Shown one piece after another: positions 60,049-64,000 of a stretch of 64,000 bases of DNA; positions within the stretch are counted from its first letter, which is position 1, and each line of letters begins with the position of its first letter. The position numbers were made by a program, and so were the translations under genes. Source of the stretch: Dehalococcoidia bacterium (GTDB lineage: Bacteria; Chloroflexota; Dehalococcoidia; UBA6926). A model generated the notes under the pieces. That model made no database searches and was not told where the DNA came from. It worked only from the letters and a program-made list of their open reading frames with translations. The stretch spans positions 494,197 through 558,196 of the forward strand of contig OZ252041.1 in the NCBI GenBank assembly GCA_965247995.1, given 5' to 3'.

Positions 60049-60987
60049 TTGCGCTTTCCCAGCATCCTCGACACGGTGGGGAACACCCCACTCGTCGAGT
60101 TGCGACGCTTCCAGCCGAACGAGAACATCCGCATCTTCGCCAAGCTGGAGGGTCAGAATCCGACCGGCAGCGTGAAGGACCGTATCGCCAAGCTCATGCT
60201 GGAGACCGCGGACGCTGACGGCATCCTCTCCCACGACAAAGTCATCCTCGAACCCTCGAGCGGCAACACCGGCGTATCCCTCGCCATGATCGCCCGCTAC
60301 ATGGGATACCGCGTCAAGATCGTGATGCCCGATAACGTAACGGCCGAGCGTCGCGCGCTCATTGAGTCCTTCGGGGCCGTGGTCGAATTCTCCGACGGGA
60401 CCAAGGGCACCAACGGCGCGATCGAAGTGGCCCAGCAGATGGTCGCCGCGGAACCCGACGAATACGTCATGCTCTATCAGTACGGCAACGAGGCGAATCC
60501 GAAGGCGCACTACGAGGGTACCGGCCAGGAGATCATCGACGACCTTCCGGAGGTCTCGGTGTTCATCGCGGGCCTCGGCACGGGCGGCACGCTCATGGGA
60601 GTCGGTCGGCGGCTGAAGGAACACCGTAAGGACATCCGGATCGTCGCGGTCGTCCCGCACCCAGAGGAACGGATTCAAGGTCTGCGCTCGCTGGAAGACG
60701 GCTTCATCCCCCCGATCTTGGACCCTTCTCTGCTCGATGGACAGTTCATCATCACAAGCCGCGAGTCGTTCGAGATGACGCGCGAGCTGCTCGACCGAGA
60801 GAGCATCTTCGCCGGCATCTCTTCCGGCGCGGTTCTCGCCTGTGCAGTCCGCCTCGCTGAGCGGATGGAAACAGGCAACATTGTCTGCCTCATGGCTGAT
60901 GGCGGCTGGAAGTACTTGTCCACCGGCGTGTGGACGCGGCCGCTTGAGGAACTCGAAGCGGAGATGGGCCGCAAGATCTGGTGGTAA
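60049..60987 (+). CDS. Cysteine synthase family PLP enzyme (CysM/CysK-like)
   Basis: PLP Lys motif NPTGSVKDRIA; SSGNTGVSLA; GLGTGGTL glycine loop; 312 aa; TTG start. Confidence 0.8.
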   Translation: MRFPSILDTVGNTPLVELRRFQPNENIRIFAKLEGQNPTGSVKDRIAKLMLETADADGILSHDKVILEPSSGNTGVSLAMIARYMGYRVKIVMPDNVTAERRALIESFGAVVEFSDGTKGTNGAIEVAQQMVAAEPDEYVMLYQYGNEANPKAHYEGTGQEIIDDLPEVSVFIAGLGTGGTLMGVGRRLKEHRKDIRIVAVVPHPEERIQGLRSLEDGFIPPILDPSLLDGQFIITSRESFEMTRELLDRESIFAGISSGAVLACAVRLAERMETGNIVCLMADGGWKYLSTGVWTRPLEELEAEMGRKIWW

Positions 60988-61093
60988 CCTAAGGTTGGTT
61001 GCGGCTCGTTGACCGCTCCGGTCGACTACGGACCCGTCCGGGCCGCCGCTCCCCAAACAACCGTCGACACTCTTCCGAATCAAGGACCGCCAC

Positions 61094-61774
61094 ATGACCA
61101 CCAACGAGACCCTAAAAATAGAAGGGCGTGCCCGCGAGGAGCACGGGAAACGTGTCCGCTACCTCCGCCGCGCGGGCATTACGCCGGCGAACCTCTACGG
61201 CCGCGGCATGGAGTCCATCTCGTTCCAGGTCGATACGCGTGAGCTGGAACGCATCGTCCATCAGGGGGCCCGGTCAGCACTCGTGGACCTGTCTATCGAT
61301 GGCCAACTCCATAACGCACTTCTTCGCATCCTACAACGGCACCCCGTCACCAGAGCGCCGCTCCACGCCGAGTTCTTCCGCGTTCAGATGGACCGGATGA
61401 TTCAGACACAGATCCCGTTGCATGCTGTCGGTGAGGCGCCCGCAGCCAGGTTGCCCGCCTCCCTGGTGAGCCAGGTCATGCACGAGATCACGGTCGAGTG
61501 CCTCCCCGCCAACATCCCGCACGCAATAGAGGTCGACCTGTCACCGCTGGTCGAGATCGGTGACACGATCATGGTCCGTGACCTCGTCGCTCCGCTCAAC
61601 GCGGTCATCCTCGCCGAACCTGATCAAGTTGTGGTCAGAGCTGGCCAAGCCCGCGTCGCTGCAGAAGCGGCGGCCCTCGATGCAGCCGACGCCGCTGCCG
61701 CCGAAGGCGCAGAGGAAGAGGCCGAGGCCGCACCAACGGATGGTGGTGCCGAGGACGGGGGTGCGAGGGACTAA
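61094..61774 (+). CDS. rplY: 50S ribosomal protein L25 / general stress protein Ctc
   Basis: 226 aa; conserved L25 N-terminal β-barrel region plus an acidic Ala/Glu-rich C-terminal tail. Confidence 0.75.
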   Translation: MTTNETLKIEGRAREEHGKRVRYLRRAGITPANLYGRGMESISFQVDTRELERIVHQGARSALVDLSIDGQLHNALLRILQRHPVTRAPLHAEFFRVQMDRMIQTQIPLHAVGEAPAARLPASLVSQVMHEITVECLPANIPHAIEVDLSPLVEIGDTIMVRDLVAPLNAVILAEPDQVVVRAGQARVAAEAAALDAADAAAAEGAEEEAEAAPTDGGAEDGGARD

Positions 61775-64000
61775 CCCGCTTTCACAACCCCGAGTTCGAT
61801 AGCGAGACCATCGAGCGAGATCCGAGTCCCGGTCGCGTTGTCGGGCGGTACATCGGTCGCCAGGTGGTCGGCAAGTGTTTCTTGGCCGACGTAGTTGCCA
61901 TGCGCTGCCAGGACGGCTTCCAGATCGCCCCGACGGTCTTCGTCCACAACAGCCACGAACGCCGTGATCCGGTCGGAGATGTCCAGGCCAGCGGTCCTCC
62001 GCAACTCCTGGAGGTGACGCACGATCTCCCGCGCCTGGCCCTCCATGACCAGATCGGCCGTCATGGTCACGTCCACCGCAACCATAGCGGGCCCATCGCT
62101 GACGGAAACAAACCCCGGCCTGTCGTCCGATTCGACGATCAGGTCGTTCGCCTCCAGTTTCACGCCGTCGAGGTCTGTTGGTAGCCCGGCCCGGGCCCTC
62201 TCTGCCACGCGGGTGACCTCGGCGTCGTCGAGCGAACCGATCAGCTTGGACACTCGATCCAAATCGCGCCCGAGCTTGGGCCCAAGATGTGCAAGGTTCG
62301 GCTTGACCACGTGGCGGACCAACGCCGATTCGTCCTCCGCGGCAACCACTTCCTTGACGTTCAACTCGTCTCGCAGCTGCTCTGCCACGAGCGGCAAGGC
62401 GTCTCGTTCCAATCGAGAGGGAAGTACAGCATAGGCGGCCGCCAGCGGCTGACGCACCTTGATGCCCGCCTTTGCCCGAGCAGCACGACCGACGCTCGAT
62501 AGCTTCATCACGAGCCGGACCGCTTCGTCCGCCGTAGGGTCGATGAGCGCAGCATCGGACTCTGGCCAATCAGCAAGGTGAACGCTGTCCGGAGAACCGA
62601 CCACCCGGTTCGCGACCAAGTTTCGATACATCTCATCCGCAACGAACGGCGTCAACGGCGCCAACAAATGACACAACGTCGACAGCGTCTCGTACAGCGT
62701 GGAGTAGGCAGCACGCTTGTCCGCATCGTCCTCGGTCCTCCAGAAACGCCGCCGGCTCCGCCTCACGTACCAATTCGACAGTTCGCCCACGAATCCTTCG
62801 ATCAGCTTGGCCGCGTCGCCGATCTCGTAGCTCTCCAACTGTTCCGTGACGCTCGTCACCAGGCGCTGGAGGCCGGAGACCAGCCAACGGTCTAGCACGG
62901 GCCGCTCCTCGACCGGCGGCGCGCTGGCGTCCTCCGGGTCGAACCCGTCCAGGTTCGCGTACGTCACGAAGAAGCTGTAGGTGTTCCACAACGGCAGCAG
63001 GAACCGCCGCACCGTGTCCGCGACCAACTCCTCTGAGAAACGCCGCGGGTTCCCCGCCGCCGTCGCCGTATACATGTACCAGCGCAACGGGTCAGCCCCC
63101 CGCGACTCGATCACGCGCCAGGGGTCGACGACGTTCCCCCGGGACTTACTCATCTTCTCGCCGTTGCCATCCAGGATGTGGCCCAGGCTGATCACGTTCT
63201 TATATGCCGGACCGTCAGAGAGCATCACCGCCAGGGCGTGCAGTGTGTAGAACCACCCCCGCGTCTGGTCCACCGCCTCGCAGATGAAGTCCGCAGGATA
63301 GTGTTGCTGGAAATGGTCGCGGTTCTCGAACGGATAGTGCCACTGCGCGATCGGCATCGCTCCAGAGTCGTACCAGGCGTCCATCACCTCCGGGACGCGC
63401 TCCATGCGGCCGCCGCACGCGGTGCAGCGAAAGGTTACTGCGTCCAAGAACGGACGGTGCAAGTCCATCCCTTCGACGAACCCATCCAGCTCCGCTTGGC
63501 CAACGAGCTCTCCGATCCCACCGATGGCTTGTAGGTCCTCACACGACGCGCAAATCCAGACCGGGATCGGCGTGCCCCAATACCGTTCGCGTGAGAGCGC
63601 CCAGTCGACGTTGTTCTGGAGCCATTCGCCGAACCGCCCCTCACGGATGTGTTCCGGGTGCCACCCGATCTCACGGTTCGCGCGGATAAGTGACTCCTTT
63701 ACGGCCGTCGTTCGCAGGTACCAAGACTCCTTCGCGTAGTAGAGGAGCGGCGAGTCACAGCGCCAACAGAACGGGTACGTGTGTTCGATCGTCCCGCTGC
63801 GGTACAGGTGCCCACGCCGCCGGAGATCTTCAGTGATCCCGGGGTCGGCGTCCTTGAAATTCAGGCCTGAATGCCGGACCCCCGGGAACTCCGCAACGGT
63901 GCCATCGAGCTGCACCGTGTGAACGATCGGGAGTCCTTCCGCTCGCCCGACCTCCAAATCTTCAGCTCCGTACGCGGGAGCAACGTGCACGATGCCGGTC
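61771..64000 (-). CDS. ileS: Isoleucyl-tRNA synthetase, C-terminal ~740 aa (5' end lies outside the window)
   Basis: KMSKS motif; zinc-binding CWRCDSP...CASCE...CTACGG; anticodon-binding and C-terminal domains; stop overlaps the rplY stop. Confidence 0.9.
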   Translation of the reverse strand, partial: TGIVHVAPAYGAEDLEVGRAEGLPIVHTVQLDGTVAEFPGVRHSGLNFKDADPGITEDLRRRGHLYRSGTIEHTYPFCWRCDSPLLYYAKESWYLRTTAVKESLIRANREIGWHPEHIREGRFGEWLQNNVDWALSRERYWGTPIPVWICASCEDLQAIGGIGELVGQAELDGFVEGMDLHRPFLDAVTFRCTACGGRMERVPEVMDAWYDSGAMPIAQWHYPFENRDHFQQHYPADFICEAVDQTRGWFYTLHALAVMLSDGPAYKNVISLGHILDGNGEKMSKSRGNVVDPWRVIESRGADPLRWYMYTATAAGNPRRFSEELVADTVRRFLLPLWNTYSFFVTYANLDGFDPEDASAPPVEERPVLDRWLVSGLQRLVTSVTEQLESYEIGDAAKLIEGFVGELSNWYVRRSRRRFWRTEDDADKRAAYSTLYETLSTLCHLLAPLTPFVADEMYRNLVANRVVGSPDSVHLADWPESDAALIDPTADEAVRLVMKLSSVGRAARAKAGIKVRQPLAAAYAVLPSRLERDALPLVAEQLRDELNVKEVVAAEDESALVRHVVKPNLAHLGPKLGRDLDRVSKLIGSLDDAEVTRVAERARAGLPTDLDGVKLEANDLIVESDDRPGFVSVSDGPAMVAVDVTMTADLVMEGQAREIVRHLQELRRTAGLDISDRITAFVAVVDEDRRGDLEAVLAAHGNYVGQETLADHLATDVPPDNATGTRISLDGLAIELGVVKAG

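Overview
This is a high-GC (~65-68%) bacterial chromosomal window, Actinobacteria- or Chloroflexi/Thermomicrobia-like by composition. It is mostly core housekeeping genes. The main features are: (a) a 23S rRNA with its own promoter, followed by initiator tRNA-fMet and a terminator, with no 16S or 5S rRNA; (b) a tandem tRNA-Ser pair and a tRNA-Lys; (c) a rib operon, ribD-ribE-ribBA-ribH; (d) the infC-rpmI-rplT operon, plus rpsT, rel, rplY and partial ileS; (e) a ~1.7 kb low-GC (~50%) islet beside tRNA-Lys carrying a single orphan 311-aa ORF, likely horizontally acquired; (f) six acyl-CoA dehydrogenase paralogues, five of them in tandem behind a stand-alone RAM-domain protein and interrupted by a VapBC toxin-antitoxin pair; (g) two adjacent exported proteins that share an unusual C-terminal transmembrane helix plus Arg-rich tail; (h) an acidic collagen-like (GXY x20) lipoprotein. 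No CRISPR array, transposase or integrase was seen. Hand-derived coordinates (tRNAs, promoters, terminators, refined starts) may be off by 1-2 nt.
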